The position numbers were made by a program, and so were the translations under genes. Positions 32,698 through 42,586 of a DNA stretch of 64,000 nt are shown here, piece by piece. The notes beneath the pieces were generated by a model. The model worked only from the letters and a program-made list of their open reading frames with translations, ran no database searches and had not been told where the DNA came from. Source of the DNA: Patescibacteria group bacterium (GTDB lineage: Bacteria > Patescibacteriota > Minisyncoccia > Minisyncoccales > UBA5738); assembly GCA_034678605.1 (NCBI GenBank), contig JAXDBQ010000039.1:1172-65171 (forward strand), given 5' to 3'. Every line of letters starts with the position of its first letter. Within the stretch, counting starts at the first letter, position 1.

Positions 32698-35235
32698 ATG
32701 GTTATCAAAAAAAAATCGGACAAAGATAAAGACCAAGGTAGGTTGGAATTCGAGCAGGTGAAGCCTGCCGATATCGTTTCGGTGATGAAAGATTCCTACA
32801 TCGATTACGCGATGTCGGTGATCGTGGCGCGGGCGTTGCCCGACGTGCGCGACGGGCTCAAACCCGCTCAGCGGCGCATTCTTTACACAATGCTGGAAGA
32901 GGGGTTGCGCCACACCGCCAAATACCGCAAATCGGCCACGGTGGTGGGCTCGACTTTGGGCCGCTATCATCCGCATGGCGATGTGGCCGTCTATGACACG
33001 ATGGTGCGTTTGGCGCAGGATTTTACTTTGCGCTATCCCTTGGTGCAAGGCCAAGGCAATTTTGGTTCCATCGACGGGGATTCGGCGGCGGCCATGCGCT
33101 ATACTGAAGCGCGTTTGTCGCGTTTGGGCGAGGCGTTGCTGGAAGACATCGAAAAAAACACCGTTGATTTTACCGATAATTACGACGGCACGCGCAAAGA
33201 GCCGGCGGTTTTGCCGTCGCCCTTGCCGCAACTCTTGCTTAACGGTTCGTTGGGGATTGCCGTGGGCATGGCCACCAATATTCCGCCCCACAATTTGGGC
33301 GAGGTTTGCGACGCGCTGGCCTATTTGATCGATGAGCCAAAAGCCGTGACCGAAGATCTGTTTCAATTCATCAAAGGACCGGATTTTCCGCTGGGGGGCG
33401 AGATCTTCGACCGCAAAGAAATCATCACGGCCTATTCTCAAGGCAAGGGGCCGATTGTTTGCCGCGGCAAGGCCGAGATCATCCAAAACGAAAAGACCGA
33501 ACGCTACCAGATCGTGATCACGGCCATTCCTTATCAGGTGCAAAAATCAAGCTTGCTGGAACAGATCGCGGCGCTGGTGGCCGAAAAGAAGGTTGACGGC
33601 GTCAAAGATGTGCGCGACGAGTCCGATAAGGACGGGATGCGCGTGGTGATTGATTTGGCGCGCGAAGCCCAGCCGCAAAAAGTTTTGAACCGGCTTTACA
33701 AATTCACGGCGTTGCAGCGGACTTTTCATTTAAATATGCTGGCGCTGGTGGACGGCATCCAGCCGGAAGTGTTGAATTTGGCCGAAGTTTTGAATAATTT
33801 TTTGGAGCACCGCAAGCTGGTAATCACCCGGCGCACGCAATTTGAATTGGACAAGGCCAAAGAACGGGCGCATATTTTGGAAGGATTGGTGAAATGCTTG
33901 GCCGATATCGACGAAGTGATCCGCATCATTCGCCGGTCGGAAAACCGCGAAGACGCCCGCAACAATTTGATGAAACGTTTCAAGCTGGATGAAATTCAGG
34001 CCAACGCGATTCTGGAAACCAAACTGGCGGCGCTGGCCAAGTTGGAGCGAGAGAAGATCGACAATGAACTCAAGGAACTGCTTGCCAAGATTGAAGAATA
34101 TGCCGGTATTTTAAAAAGCCCGGCCAAGATCAAAGCCGTGATGAAAAAGGAGCTCGCCAAAATTAAAGAAACTTATGGTGATGAACGCCGCACCAAGGTT
34201 TTTGTCCACAAGATCGGCGAAATTTCCGAAGCGGATCTGATTCCCGACGAAGACGTGGCCATCACTTTGACCAATTCGGGTTATATCAAGCGCATCGATC
34301 CCAAAACCTATAAGATTCAAAAGCGGGGCGGGAAGGGGATCATCGGGTTGAAGACCGTGAGCGATGATATCGTCGAGCAATCGCTGGTGGCCAACACGCA
34401 TGACCGGATCTTGTTTTTCACCGATATGGGCCGGGTGTTCCAAACCTTGGCCTATGAAATTCCCGAAGGCGCGCGCGTGGCCAAGGGCCGGGCGCTGGTC
34501 AATTTCTTGGATTTGGCCGCCGAAGAAAAAGTGCTGCATTTGATCTCGTTGGGCCGCGCCAACGATAATAAAGGAAAAGCCAAAACCAATGGCAATGGCG
34601 CACCGCCGGCGAAATATTTGTTGATCGTCACCAAAAACGGCATTGCCAAAAAAACCGGCTTGGACGAGTTCGATAACATCCGGCGCAACGGGTTGATCGC
34701 CATCACTTTGAAAAAAGGCGATTCGTTGCGCAAGGTGTCCAAAACCGGCGGCAATGACGAGATCATCGTGGTGACCAAAAAGGGCCAATCGGTGCGGTTT
34801 AAAGAAAAAGATATCCGGCCGATGGGCCGCCAAGCCGCGGGAATAAAAGCCATCGGTTTGAAAAAAGGCGATGAAGTGGTGGGTATGGATGTGGTGTCTT
34901 CGGAGGCGCCGTTGGGCGCCGACGGCAAGCCGATCAAACGATTGGTGCTGGTGGTGATGGAACATGGCTATGGCAAGCGCACCGCCATCGAAGAATATCG
35001 CATGCAAAACCGCGGCGGTTCGGGCATCAAAGTGGCCGAAATCACCGCTAAGACCGGCGATTTGGTGACCTCGTTTGTTTTGACCGACGAGGAAGAGTTG
35101 ATGGTGATTTCCAAAAAAGGCCAGGTGATCCGCGTGCCCATTGAAGGCATCTCCAAATTATCGCGGCCCACGCAAGGCGTGCGCATCATGCGCTTGGAAG
35201 ACGGCGACAAAGTGGCCTCGGCCAGTTGCATCTGA
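32698..35235 (+). CDS. gyrA: DNA gyrase subunit A
   Basis: [40 protein letters not shown] (catalytic Tyr), and C-terminal beta-pinwheel repeats. Confidence 0.95.
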   Translation: MVIKKKSDKDKDQGRLEFEQVKPADIVSVMKDSYIDYAMSVIVARALPDVRDGLKPAQRRILYTMLEEGLRHTAKYRKSATVVGSTLGRYHPHGDVAVYDTMVRLAQDFTLRYPLVQGQGNFGSIDGDSAAAMRYTEARLSRLGEALLEDIEKNTVDFTDNYDGTRKEPAVLPSPLPQLLLNGSLGIAVGMATNIPPHNLGEVCDALAYLIDEPKAVTEDLFQFIKGPDFPLGGEIFDRKEIITAYSQGKGPIVCRGKAEIIQNEKTERYQIVITAIPYQVQKSSLLEQIAALVAEKKVDGVKDVRDESDKDGMRVVIDLAREAQPQKVLNRLYKFTALQRTFHLNMLALVDGIQPEVLNLAEVLNNFLEHRKLVITRRTQFELDKAKERAHILEGLVKCLADIDEVIRIIRRSENREDARNNLMKRFKLDEIQANAILETKLAALAKLEREKIDNELKELLAKIEEYAGILKSPAKIKAVMKKELAKIKETYGDERRTKVFVHKIGEISEADLIPDEDVAITLTNSGYIKRIDPKTYKIQKRGGKGIIGLKTVSDDIVEQSLVANTHDRILFFTDMGRVFQTLAYEIPEGARVAKGRALVNFLDLAAEEKVLHLISLGRANDNKGKAKTNGNGAPPAKYLLIVTKNGIAKKTGLDEFDNIRRNGLIAITLKKGDSLRKVSKTGGNDEIIVVTKKGQSVRFKEKDIRPMGRQAAGIKAIGLKKGDEVVGMDVVSSEAPLGADGKPIKRLVLVVMEHGYGKRTAIEEYRMQNRGGSGIKVAEITAKTGDLVTSFVLTDEEELMVISKKGQVIRVPIEGISKLSRPTQGVRIMRLEDGDKVASASCI

Positions 35236-35297
35236 ATAAAAACCAATTTATAATTAAGTTATTGAAAAGTGTCCTTCCGATAATTATGACATTTTTT

Positions 35298-35445
35298 AAA
35301 TTCGAAGCACGAATTTCGAATATCAAAACAAATTCGAATTCTCAAATTTTCAAATGTTCAAAACAAAATTTCTTTTTTTGTTTTGAAAATTTTAAATTTC
35401 GATATTCGACATTGTTTCGGATTTCGATATTCGATATTTGAATTT
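35298..35445. repeat. Word-hairpin family A, copy A5
   Basis: aaattcgaagcacgaatttcgaatatcaaaacaaattcgaattctcaaattttcaaatg ... gaaaattttaaatttcgatattcgacattgtttcggatttcgatattcgatatttg. Confidence 0.8.
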
Positions 35446-35452
35446 TTTTCCG

Positions 35453-35971
35453 ATGGGTTTCGTAAATCCGCGACAAATCATCAACGAGCATTTGGAACTC
35501 AAAAGGAACATGATCGCCGCGGATTTTGGTTGCGGATCCGGGGAGTGGGCGGTCGCCCTGGCCGAAGTGTTGGAATTGGGCAAGGTGTATGCCATTGACC
35601 TTTTGGACGAGCCGCTGTCGTCGGTGCGCAGCAAGGCCAAGATTGCGGGATTGGAAAACGTGGAGGCGGTGAAAGGCGATATCGAAAAATTGGTGACGCG
35701 CCTGCTGGCCAATTCGCTGGATCTGGTGTTGATGACCAATTTGCTGTTCCAAGCCAATGACCGGGCCGCGATCTTTGGCGAAGCGGCGCGGGTGGCCAAA
35801 TCCGGCGGCAAGGCGCTGGTGGTGGATTGGAAGCCCCAGGCGCGCCTTGGGCCGGAAAATAAAATCTCGGCCGATGAGGTGAAAAATTTGGCTCAAGCCG
35901 CGGGATTTTTGCCGGTCAAAGAATTTGCCGCGGGCAATTTCCATTACGGCATCATCTTCCAAAAACAATAA
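35453..35971 (+). CDS. Class I SAM-dependent methyltransferase
   Basis: ADFGCGSGEWAVALA (motif I), DLVLMTNLL. Confidence 0.75.
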   Translation: MGFVNPRQIINEHLELKRNMIAADFGCGSGEWAVALAEVLELGKVYAIDLLDEPLSSVRSKAKIAGLENVEAVKGDIEKLVTRLLANSLDLVLMTNLLFQANDRAAIFGEAARVAKSGGKALVVDWKPQARLGPENKISADEVKNLAQAAGFLPVKEFAAGNFHYGIIFQKQ

Positions 35972-35983
35972 TCAATAATTCAA

Positions 35984-36319
35984 ATGCGAATTTCAAAAAA
36001 ATTAATCGTGCCCGCGGTCTTGTTCTTGGCCATGGCCGGCCAAAAAGCGAGCGCGATTACATTCACCAATCCGCTGGGAAAAGACACCGAGCTTGACGAT
36101 ATGATCGACAAATTATTGGGCGGGTTGCTGTGGCTGGCGATCATAATTTGCCCGGTGTTTATTTTGTGGGGCGCGTTTTTGGTGGCCACTTCGGGGGGCG
36201 ATCAGGAAAAAACCAAAAAAGGCCGCCAGATCATCACTTACGCGGCCGTGGGCTTGCTGATCATGGCATTGAGCGGCGTGATCAAGACGTTGATCTATGA
36301 CCTTGTCATTCAAAAATAA
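35984..36319 (+). CDS. TrbC/VirB2-like (type IV secretion system pilin family) small membrane protein, paralog 1
   Basis: Signal/TM, then LLGGLLWLAIIICPVFILWGAFLVATSGGDQEKTKKGRQIITYAAVGLLIMAL. This is a two-TM hairpin with an SGGD-x-K loop. Confidence 0.65.
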   Translation: MRISKKLIVPAVLFLAMAGQKASAITFTNPLGKDTELDDMIDKLLGGLLWLAIIICPVFILWGAFLVATSGGDQEKTKKGRQIITYAAVGLLIMALSGVIKTLIYDLVIQK

Positions 36320-36321
36320 TT

Positions 36322-36690
36322 ATGTTAAAACAAACCCTGTTTAAAATCGTGCTGATAGTTGGCTTGATGTTCGCGGGAGCGGTTGGTTATTTTAATCCGA
36401 TAACGGTTTTAGCCGCTGGCGAACCGGTGGAATTGAAAAGCCCGATTGAGGGCGATTTGACGATTCCGGGGATTATTGAAAAGGTGATTGGCGTAATCTT
36501 TTGGCTGGGGCTGTTGATTTGCCCGGCATTCATCATTTGGGGTGGGTTTGAGATCGCCACGGCCGGCGGCGACCCCGCCAAAATCGGCAAGGGCAAACAA
36601 ATAATTTTTTACGCCATCGGCGGGTTGGCCATTATCGCGCTTTCCCAAGTGCTGGCCGCGATCGTGAAATCCGCGCTGGGCGGCGATTAA
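36322..36690 (+). CDS. TrbC/VirB2-like pilin family protein, paralog 2
   Basis: VIGVIFWLGLLICPAFIIWGGFEIATAGGDPAKIGKGKQIIFYAIGGLAIIAL. Confidence 0.65.
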   Translation: MLKQTLFKIVLIVGLMFAGAVGYFNPITVLAAGEPVELKSPIEGDLTIPGIIEKVIGVIFWLGLLICPAFIIWGGFEIATAGGDPAKIGKGKQIIFYAIGGLAIIALSQVLAAIVKSALGGD

Positions 36691-36710
36691 TAATTTTTTA
36701 ATTAAAAAAC

Positions 36711-37082
36711 ATGCTTCAAAAAATCAAATCCGCGAAACGCCCCCTGGAAATTTCCGCCGCGCTTTTAACCGCCGCGATTTTATCGCTTCCGTCAAAAATT
36801 TTGGCCGATGTTAGCGTTCCCAGCGTTGAAGTGCCCACTGATTTGGATGTCGATGAGATGTTGGGAAAGATTCGTAATTATTTTTTTGGAATTGTGATCG
36901 CGGCTTGTGTTTTTATGATTTTATGGGGTGCGTTTGATATTGCCACGGCCGGGGATAATGAAAACAAGCTTAAAGGTGGCAAGGATAGAATAAAATACGC
37001 TCTCATTGGTTTATTGATTGCCGCGATGGCAAGCGTGATCGTCGGTATTGTGATGAGTATCGCGAAAGTTGACGTTCCTTAA
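36711..37082 (+). CDS. TrbC/VirB2-like pilin family protein, paralog 3
   Basis: FFGIVIAACVFMILWGAFDIATAGDNENKLKGGKDRIKYALIGLLIAAM. Confidence 0.65.
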   Translation: MLQKIKSAKRPLEISAALLTAAILSLPSKILADVSVPSVEVPTDLDVDEMLGKIRNYFFGIVIAACVFMILWGAFDIATAGDNENKLKGGKDRIKYALIGLLIAAMASVIVGIVMSIAKVDVP

Positions 37083-37158
37083 TTGTTTTGATGGTTATTG
37101 TCAAAAAAAATACAATCATTATAATTAAAATATAAATTAATTGTAAAAAATAATTAAA

Positions 37159-37527
37159 ATGAAAAAAATATTCGCGTTTTTTTTAATGGGGTTGTTGATT
37201 GCTCCGGTGATGGCTTTTAGCCAAGAGTCCATTGTTCCCAAGGCCGATTCAACGATGGCAGGACAGATTGGCGCAGCCGGGAAAATGTCAACCCAGCCGA
37301 TTGATCAAACGCTTAATACCGTAGCCAATTATGCTATTGGAGTATTGATCATTGTGGCGGTGTTTTATATAATCTGGGCGGGATATACTTTTGTGGCGCA
37401 TGGCACCGATCCTGATTCCGTGGCCAAGGCGCGCCAGCGGATAATGTTTGCCGGAGTCGGCGTAATTGTGGCGTTATTGGCTAAAGGAATTGTATCTCTG
37501 GTGTTGAGCGCGATGCAGGGCAGTTAA
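37159..37527 (+). CDS. TrbC/VirB2-like pilin family protein, paralog 4
   Basis: YAIGVLIIVAVFYIIWAGYTFVAHGTDPDSVAKARQRIMFAGVGVIVALL. Confidence 0.6.
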   Translation: MKKIFAFFLMGLLIAPVMAFSQESIVPKADSTMAGQIGAAGKMSTQPIDQTLNTVANYAIGVLIIVAVFYIIWAGYTFVAHGTDPDSVAKARQRIMFAGVGVIVALLAKGIVSLVLSAMQGS

Positions 37528-37644
37528 ATAAAAATAGGGTGGTTAATAAAAATATTTGAAAAAACGGGCGAAAGCCCGTTTTTGTTTTGACGGCGGGATT
37601 TTACTTTTGGGCCGGAATGGGATAAAAAAGGGGTAGGCAAGCGC

Positions 37645-37726
37645 GCCGCGGTGGTGAAATCGGCAGACACGCGGGATTTAGGATCCCGTCCCGAAAGGGG
37701 TGAGAGTTCAACTCTCTCCCGCGGCA
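37645..37726 (+). tRNA. tRNA-Leu (anticodon TAG), class II
   Basis: Acceptor gccgcgg/ccgcggc, anticodon stem cggga/tcccg with loop ttTAGga, long variable arm tcccgaaaggggt, T arm gagag-ttcaact-ctctc. There is no encoded CCA. Confidence 0.85.
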
Positions 37727-37856
37727 CCCGATAAATTAAAAATTAAAAACGAAAAAGGAAAAACGAAAGTTAAAATTTTAAAAATTTAAATCGCGGATTT
37801 TTCGGTTTTAAATTTTTCATTGTCGTTTTAAAATTTTCATTTTTAGTTTTAAAATA
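37727..37856. repeat. Word-hairpin family F
   Basis: aaattaaaaattaaaaacgaaaaaggaaaaacgaaagttaaaatttt ... ttttaaatttttcattgtcgttttaaaattttcatttttagttttaa. Confidence 0.7.
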
Positions 37857-37880
37857 AAAAAGCCGCCTTGGGCGGCTTTT
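37857..37880. terminator. Bidirectional intrinsic terminator (tRNA-Leu on +, hsp20 on -)
   Basis: aaaagccgcc ttgg gcggctttt, a perfect stem flanked by A- and T-runs. Confidence 0.8.
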
Positions 37881-37884
37881 GGTC

Positions 37885-38562
37885 TTATCCTCTCACGGCC
37901 ACTTTCTTTTTTTTCTCGCGCACGATCTTGGGAATGCGGATGGTCAAGATGCCGTCTTTTGCCGCGGCTTCGGCATGGCCTGAATCCACTTCCACCGGCA
38001 GGATAACTTTGCGCGAAAACGGCCCGAAATAGCATTCTTCGATGAAGTAATCGCCGCGATCGTCAATGGGGTTGGGGCGGTTGCCCTTGATGTTGATCAC
38101 GTCGTCTTCGATCACCACGTCCAAATCCTCGACCCGCACGCCGGCGATCGCCGCTTGCAGGATCAGGTCATAATCGGTTTGAAAAACATTAACGGCCAGC
38201 TGAGCCTCGCTTGATTTGAGCCAGCCGCTTTGGTCGGCGGTTTTTTTGTTTATCATGGTTTTTTTGGTAGTGGTTTTAGTGGCCGATTTTTCCTTGGCGG
38301 CCTTTTGGCCGTTGTCGGAATTGTTTGGCGCGCCGGTTATTTTGTCAACATTGGCGGCGGTGATCATCTTTTCGCCGCCGGAGGGTGGATATTCTTCCAA
38401 GGTCGGGATCCCTTTTTTGGGCTTGGCTTTATAGGCGGCAAACGCCGCGGCATTGCCTTCGTTGGCCGGTTCTTGGTTTATTCGACCGCTTGCCGGATCG
38501 CCGTTGGGATTTTCATCATCCGCGGCTGGCATGCTTTTGCGCAATTTTTCGAGGAAAGACAT
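37885..38562 (-). CDS. Hsp20/alpha-crystallin small heat-shock protein with a long disordered N-terminal extension
   Basis: The C-terminal domain reads AVNVFQTDYDLILQAAIAGVRVEDLDVVIEDDVINIKGNR ... FSRKVILPVEVD...AAAKDGILTIRIPK. Confidence 0.85.
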   Translation of the reverse strand: MSFLEKLRKSMPAADDENPNGDPASGRINQEPANEGNAAAFAAYKAKPKKGIPTLEEYPPSGGEKMITAANVDKITGAPNNSDNGQKAAKEKSATKTTTKKTMINKKTADQSGWLKSSEAQLAVNVFQTDYDLILQAAIAGVRVEDLDVVIEDDVINIKGNRPNPIDDRGDYFIEECYFGPFSRKVILPVEVDSGHAEAAAKDGILTIRIPKIVREKKKKVAVRG

Positions 38563-38612
38563 AGAAGTGTAAAGTTAAAAGCGTAAAGCGTAAAGTAGAA
38601 ATGCGGGAGCGG
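38563..38612. repeat. Word family B, left arm of a split hairpin
   Basis: gtgtaaagttaaaagcgtaaagcgtaaagtagaaatgcggg is complementary to the arm at 38985-39058. Confidence 0.75.
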
Positions 38613-38620
38613 GAAGTGGA

Positions 38621-38980
38621 TTAACCTTTTTGCTTTCTTAATGTTAAAACGCTTGAACCCAATATATTAGCGATTTCTTTGGTTTCTTTAAGCAATTGAT
38701 CTATTTTGTCGAAATTTATTTTATTAGAATCTTTTAATAAGTTGATCCAAAAAATACTTTCATTCGCCGATTTCAAAGCGTAGCAGAAAAAATTGGTGAA
38801 ATCTTTTTTTGTTGAGCCGGCTTGGGCTTCGGTAATGTTCGCGCCAATACTTGTCGCGCTTCTCAAAAGTTGTCGAGCAATTATTTGGGTCGATAAGTCT
38901 TTTTTATCGGCGGAATCAATAAATTTGATAATTTCCAGCGCATATAAATAAGCGCGTTGCTTGACTTCAATGCGAGGCAT
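38621..38980 (-). CDS. Four-helix-bundle protein of the 23S rRNA intervening-sequence protein family
   Basis: AYLYALEIIKFI ... IARQLLRSATSIGANITEAQAGSTKKDFTNFFCYALKSANESIFWINLL is the canonical family signature. Confidence 0.8.
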   Translation of the reverse strand: MPRIEVKQRAYLYALEIIKFIDSADKKDLSTQIIARQLLRSATSIGANITEAQAGSTKKDFTNFFCYALKSANESIFWINLLKDSNKINFDKIDQLLKETKEIANILGSSVLTLRKQKG

Positions 38981-38984
38981 TTTG

Positions 38985-39058
38985 TTTTTAATTTTAAACT
39001 TGCATTTTTCGCATTCTGCATTCTTACTTTACGCTTTTCGCTTTACGTTTTGCGCTTA
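38985..39058. repeat. Word family B, right arm of the split hairpin
   Basis: tgcatttttcgcattctgcattcttactttacgcttttcgctttacgttttgcgcttact. Confidence 0.75.
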
Positions 39059-39866
39059 CTCCGCAGACGCTTTTTTGGCGCAAAAGCCATTGAAATTGAA
39101 TGTAAAGGGAAATTGCCATTAACAAAATTATCGCCAAAGGAACCAGCAAAAACGAAAGGTCGCTCTCGCTCTTAATTATAGAAAAATTATAAAGGCCGTG
39201 CAAGCAAGAGCAGATGGCAAAGCCGGCCAATAGGGTGGCGAACTTTTTTTGGGGCCGGCAAAAGGCCTTGGCCATGTAAAAACCGATGATCCCCGAGCAA
39301 AGCGTGTGCAACAAAATGGCGCTCATCGAGCGGAAAAGCGAAATGAAAATCAGGTCGGCGGTGTTGCCGGGCAAAAGCAACACCCCGCCGATTAATTTTT
39401 GTTGCACTTCGGGAAGCAGGAATAGTAAATTTTCCACGGCCGCGAATCCCAGCGCCGCAGTGATCATGTAGATCACAAAATCCACCGGCTCGTCCAGATG
39501 CCGGTTTTGTTCGGCGGCTTGTTCCTTCACCCAAACCGCGAAATATTTGGCCAGTTCCTCGATCAGCGCGATGGCCACGATGTTGGTGAAAAGCATGGCC
39601 ATAATCCCGGGAAGGCCAAGCGCGCCAATGGCATTGATCAAAAACATTTCAAACGCCACCGCCGGCGCGGTCATCAGCGCCCCCAGGCAAAACACCCAGA
39701 TAATCTGTTTTTTTGGTTCCGGATGCCGGTCGCGGCGCAGATAGAACAGCAACCACAAAAGGCAGGGGAGCACCCCGGCCGCCAGATAGACCGCCAGCGA
39801 ACCGGCGGTTTGCGAAACATTGGCCAGCGCCATCAGCGCCGCGTCGAAAGAGAAATTATCCATCAA
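39024..39866 (-). CDS. prsW: PrsW-family intramembrane metalloprotease
   Basis: Multi-TM protein with ALIEELAKYFAVW (EExxK) and later AAVENLLF and HTLCSG-type motifs. Confidence 0.7.
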   Translation of the reverse strand: MMDNFSFDAALMALANVSQTAGSLAVYLAAGVLPCLLWLLFYLRRDRHPEPKKQIIWVFCLGALMTAPAVAFEMFLINAIGALGLPGIMAMLFTNIVAIALIEELAKYFAVWVKEQAAEQNRHLDEPVDFVIYMITAALGFAAVENLLFLLPEVQQKLIGGVLLLPGNTADLIFISLFRSMSAILLHTLCSGIIGFYMAKAFCRPQKKFATLLAGFAICSCLHGLYNFSIIKSESDLSFLLVPLAIILLMAISLYIQFQWLLRQKSVCGVSAKRKAKSVK

Positions 39867-40045
39867 TCACATTTTACCCTTTTGCGGCAAAACCGCCAAC
39901 CATTGACTTTGAGCAAAAGTTATTTTAGAATCCACGCAGGATCAAAGGATGAGCAAATTCAAAATTTAATATCCTGTTTGGAGTGTTTGATTTTGGATTT
40001 GCGCGGACAGAATGACATTGAACATAGTTGAGGAGGGTGAAAGGA

Positions 40046-41329
40046 ATGGGGAAATTTGTTTTGGCGGCGGTATTCGCCGCATTGGTCTTGGTGCCATTGG
40101 TAATGGCGCAAGACGCACCGATAGAGAAAAATCTTGAGGTCTATGATCAACAGGCCCAAGAAACGTGGGGCCAAGGGCCGTATGTGGATCCGTTGGAAGT
40201 TTCAAGCAATGGATTTTTGGAAACATCGACTGATGTTCCGGCTGACATTACGCACGATGTCGATATGGTAACATCCGGATTCGGAATGGTTGATTTGATT
40301 CTTGGCGGCTCGACAGTTGTCGCTGTCGACAGCCAACTAACCGATATGACCGAAGTTAACACCGAGAACGGTGGCGATGTTTCGGTCAAAACTTATGATC
40401 GCTCGGACACCAGCGCCAAATCCAGCGCTGAAGTGACCGGCGGATCGGCAAATGACAACGCGCTGGCATCAGATGACCTTAAAAGTGAGACCAAAATTAA
40501 TTCGATCGGTGGCGGTGCCACCAAGATCGAAGTTTACAAGATCGGAAGCCAAAAGGTTTCTGCCGAATCATTTGCCGGAGCGGATGAGAACGCGAATAGC
40601 AACGCCGAAGCGGTGAAAAGCGCGGAGATGACAACCGAGATAAATGCCGCCAACGACAATATTGATGTGGCCGTTACGGAAAACTATGACGGCCAGGCCA
40701 GCGCCATTGCCGGTGCCGGAAGCAATGGCATGAACGGCGGCGCGCCGCAATCGACCGACAAAGTGGTAAGCAATGTCGAGCTTGGAATCACCGAGAATCT
40801 GGAGGGCAACCAGATCAAAGTGAAAAACGAAATAACCGCGACCGAAGAATTATTCGCCGGAAGCGGCAATACCCAAGGACTTTTGACGGAAACGATTCAA
40901 ACCAATATTGTTTTAACCGGCGATTTTGCCAGCGCGACGGTGGTGGATAAAGAAGCTGCCGAAAGCACCAATGCCGTGGAACAATTCGCGGGATTGACGG
41001 TTGACGGCACCGCGTCGAAAGGCGACAAAGCGCTTGGATCGTTTGAGCAAACCGCGTCCGCGCCGGTGGTTGGGCAAACCGTTGAAGTCATTTCGACAGG
41101 CGTGCAAAATTCTTATTATCTTGCCGACCAGTCGGATCCGAACGCGGCGGCCATTCTTTACGCTGACAGCGGCAATGTTCGTTATTCCGGCTTTACCGAG
41201 GTCTCCGGCGATGCTCATTTCATGCCGACCGATCCGGAGAAATTGGCGGATACTATCGAAAAGGCCGAAGAGAAGGCCGATAAAAAGGAGGACAAGGAAT
41301 TAGCGAAAGAAGAAAAGAAAAACCAATAA
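40046..41329 (+). CDS. Secreted low-complexity (A/S/T/N/E-rich) protein with a lysine/glutamate-rich tail
   Basis: SD gaggagggtga, ATG at 40046, signal peptide MGKFVLAAVFAALVLVPLVMAQ. No family recognised. Confidence 0.5.
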   Translation: MGKFVLAAVFAALVLVPLVMAQDAPIEKNLEVYDQQAQETWGQGPYVDPLEVSSNGFLETSTDVPADITHDVDMVTSGFGMVDLILGGSTVVAVDSQLTDMTEVNTENGGDVSVKTYDRSDTSAKSSAEVTGGSANDNALASDDLKSETKINSIGGGATKIEVYKIGSQKVSAESFAGADENANSNAEAVKSAEMTTEINAANDNIDVAVTENYDGQASAIAGAGSNGMNGGAPQSTDKVVSNVELGITENLEGNQIKVKNEITATEELFAGSGNTQGLLTETIQTNIVLTGDFASATVVDKEAAESTNAVEQFAGLTVDGTASKGDKALGSFEQTASAPVVGQTVEVISTGVQNSYYLADQSDPNAAAILYADSGNVRYSGFTEVSGDAHFMPTDPEKLADTIEKAEEKADKKEDKELAKEEKKNQ

Positions 41330-41402
41330 ATGCAATTTGCAAATTTGATGTGAATCGATCTATATATGGCTTCGGCCGTATTTTTTTTATCCAATTTTCT
41401 TT

Positions 41403-41499
41403 GAATTACGAAACGCTTTGTATTTTGGGGTCTATCCCCTGTGTAATCGCAGGGGTTAGACCCCTTCAATAGCATTTAAATTTAATGGTTTTGTAATTC
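41403..41499. repeat. R2 MITE-like element, copy 3 (inverted orientation) with 12-bp terminal inverted repeats
   Basis: TIRs are gaattacgaaac / gttttgtaattc. The core is ggggtctatcccctgtgtaatcgcaggggttagacccc. Confidence 0.8.
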
Positions 41500-41613
41500 A
41501 AGGTAATTTTGAATTGTCGATTCCGCGTTTTTGGAATCAATTTTCAACGGTATGTTGAAATTCGATTTCAATTGTCTCTGGAAGAAGAAATTTATAAAAA
41601 AAGACGAGGATGA

Positions 41614-41823
41614 TTAAAGAAATCCTCGTTGTTGGCATTTGGCCGCGATTACATAAAACATCATAGAAGCCAATATCGCTATTTCCAATCCGGCAAAACT
41701 TGGATTGAATGAAGCAATTTCAATCGGCGGCGAATATGCCTCTATCAAATATCTTCCCGCGATTCCAACCAATGCACCCGCTATTAAAATTAAAAGGTGC
41801 AAGACAGCGATTTTTCTGTTCAT
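41614..41823 (-). CDS. Small two-TM hypothetical protein
   Basis: 69 aa, two hydrophobic helices, located in an AT-rich patch. Confidence 0.3.
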   Translation of the reverse strand: MNRKIAVLHLLILIAGALVGIAGRYLIEAYSPPIEIASFNPSFAGLEIAILASMMFYVIAAKCQQRGFL

Positions 41824-41930
41824 CGAGTGTCACCTTTATTAATATCAATACTATAAACAAAATCTTTGTCAAATTTTAAAAAAAAGCGACTGGCAATAAT
41901 TATTTTAACTTTGTTGCGAAGAAAAAATAA

Positions 41931-42473
41931 TTATCCTGTCGCACAATTCCATTCAATTTCTTTAACCGGCATTTTTACTAACACTCTTTTTTCGCCGGTT
42001 TGGCGATCTTCAAATAAATTTATATAATATTTGGTTCTTCCAGTTATTCCATCTCCTTTCCAAATAACATTTACAACATCAATTGTACCATTCTTGGTAT
42101 CGTCTACCCATGTTGCAAAGGAAACGCCCGCGCCCGTATGCAAGGTGCCGCTTATTTGCGACCAATAATCAACCTCGTCATACATCGGATAAGCAATTGA
42201 ATTGTTCCAACCGGCTTTTCGATACGCGGCTCCCAATGTTTTTGCATCCACTTTTTCTGCATATTTATATTGTTCGCAGACAATAGTGCCAATTTTGTGC
42301 ATTTGCTCGAAAGTTTGCAGTTTCTCTGCGCTTTGAACGCACAAAATTGATTCGTTAGACGTTTCTTGCTGGTATACCAAAGTGATTAATTCTTGGAATT
42401 GGCTTCCACAGGCGATTCCAGATATTATCGTTACTATTAGTGTAACGAATGTAAATAAATTGAGGGCTCTCAT
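41931..42473 (-). CDS. Hypothetical lipoprotein
   Basis: Signal peptide ending in the lipobox-like SGIAC; AT-rich patch. Confidence 0.45.
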   Translation of the reverse strand: MRALNLFTFVTLIVTIISGIACGSQFQELITLVYQQETSNESILCVQSAEKLQTFEQMHKIGTIVCEQYKYAEKVDAKTLGAAYRKAGWNNSIAYPMYDEVDYWSQISGTLHTGAGVSFATWVDDTKNGTIDVVNVIWKGDGITGRTKYYINLFEDRQTGEKRVLVKMPVKEIEWNCATG

Positions 42474-42586
42474 GTTTCACACCTTGTTTTCAATGAAACT
42501 TATCTTATTATAAACTATTAAAATAAAAAGTCAAGTATTTACGAAACGAAAAATAGTTTATAATGAATTAATAAATTATTTTTTTG

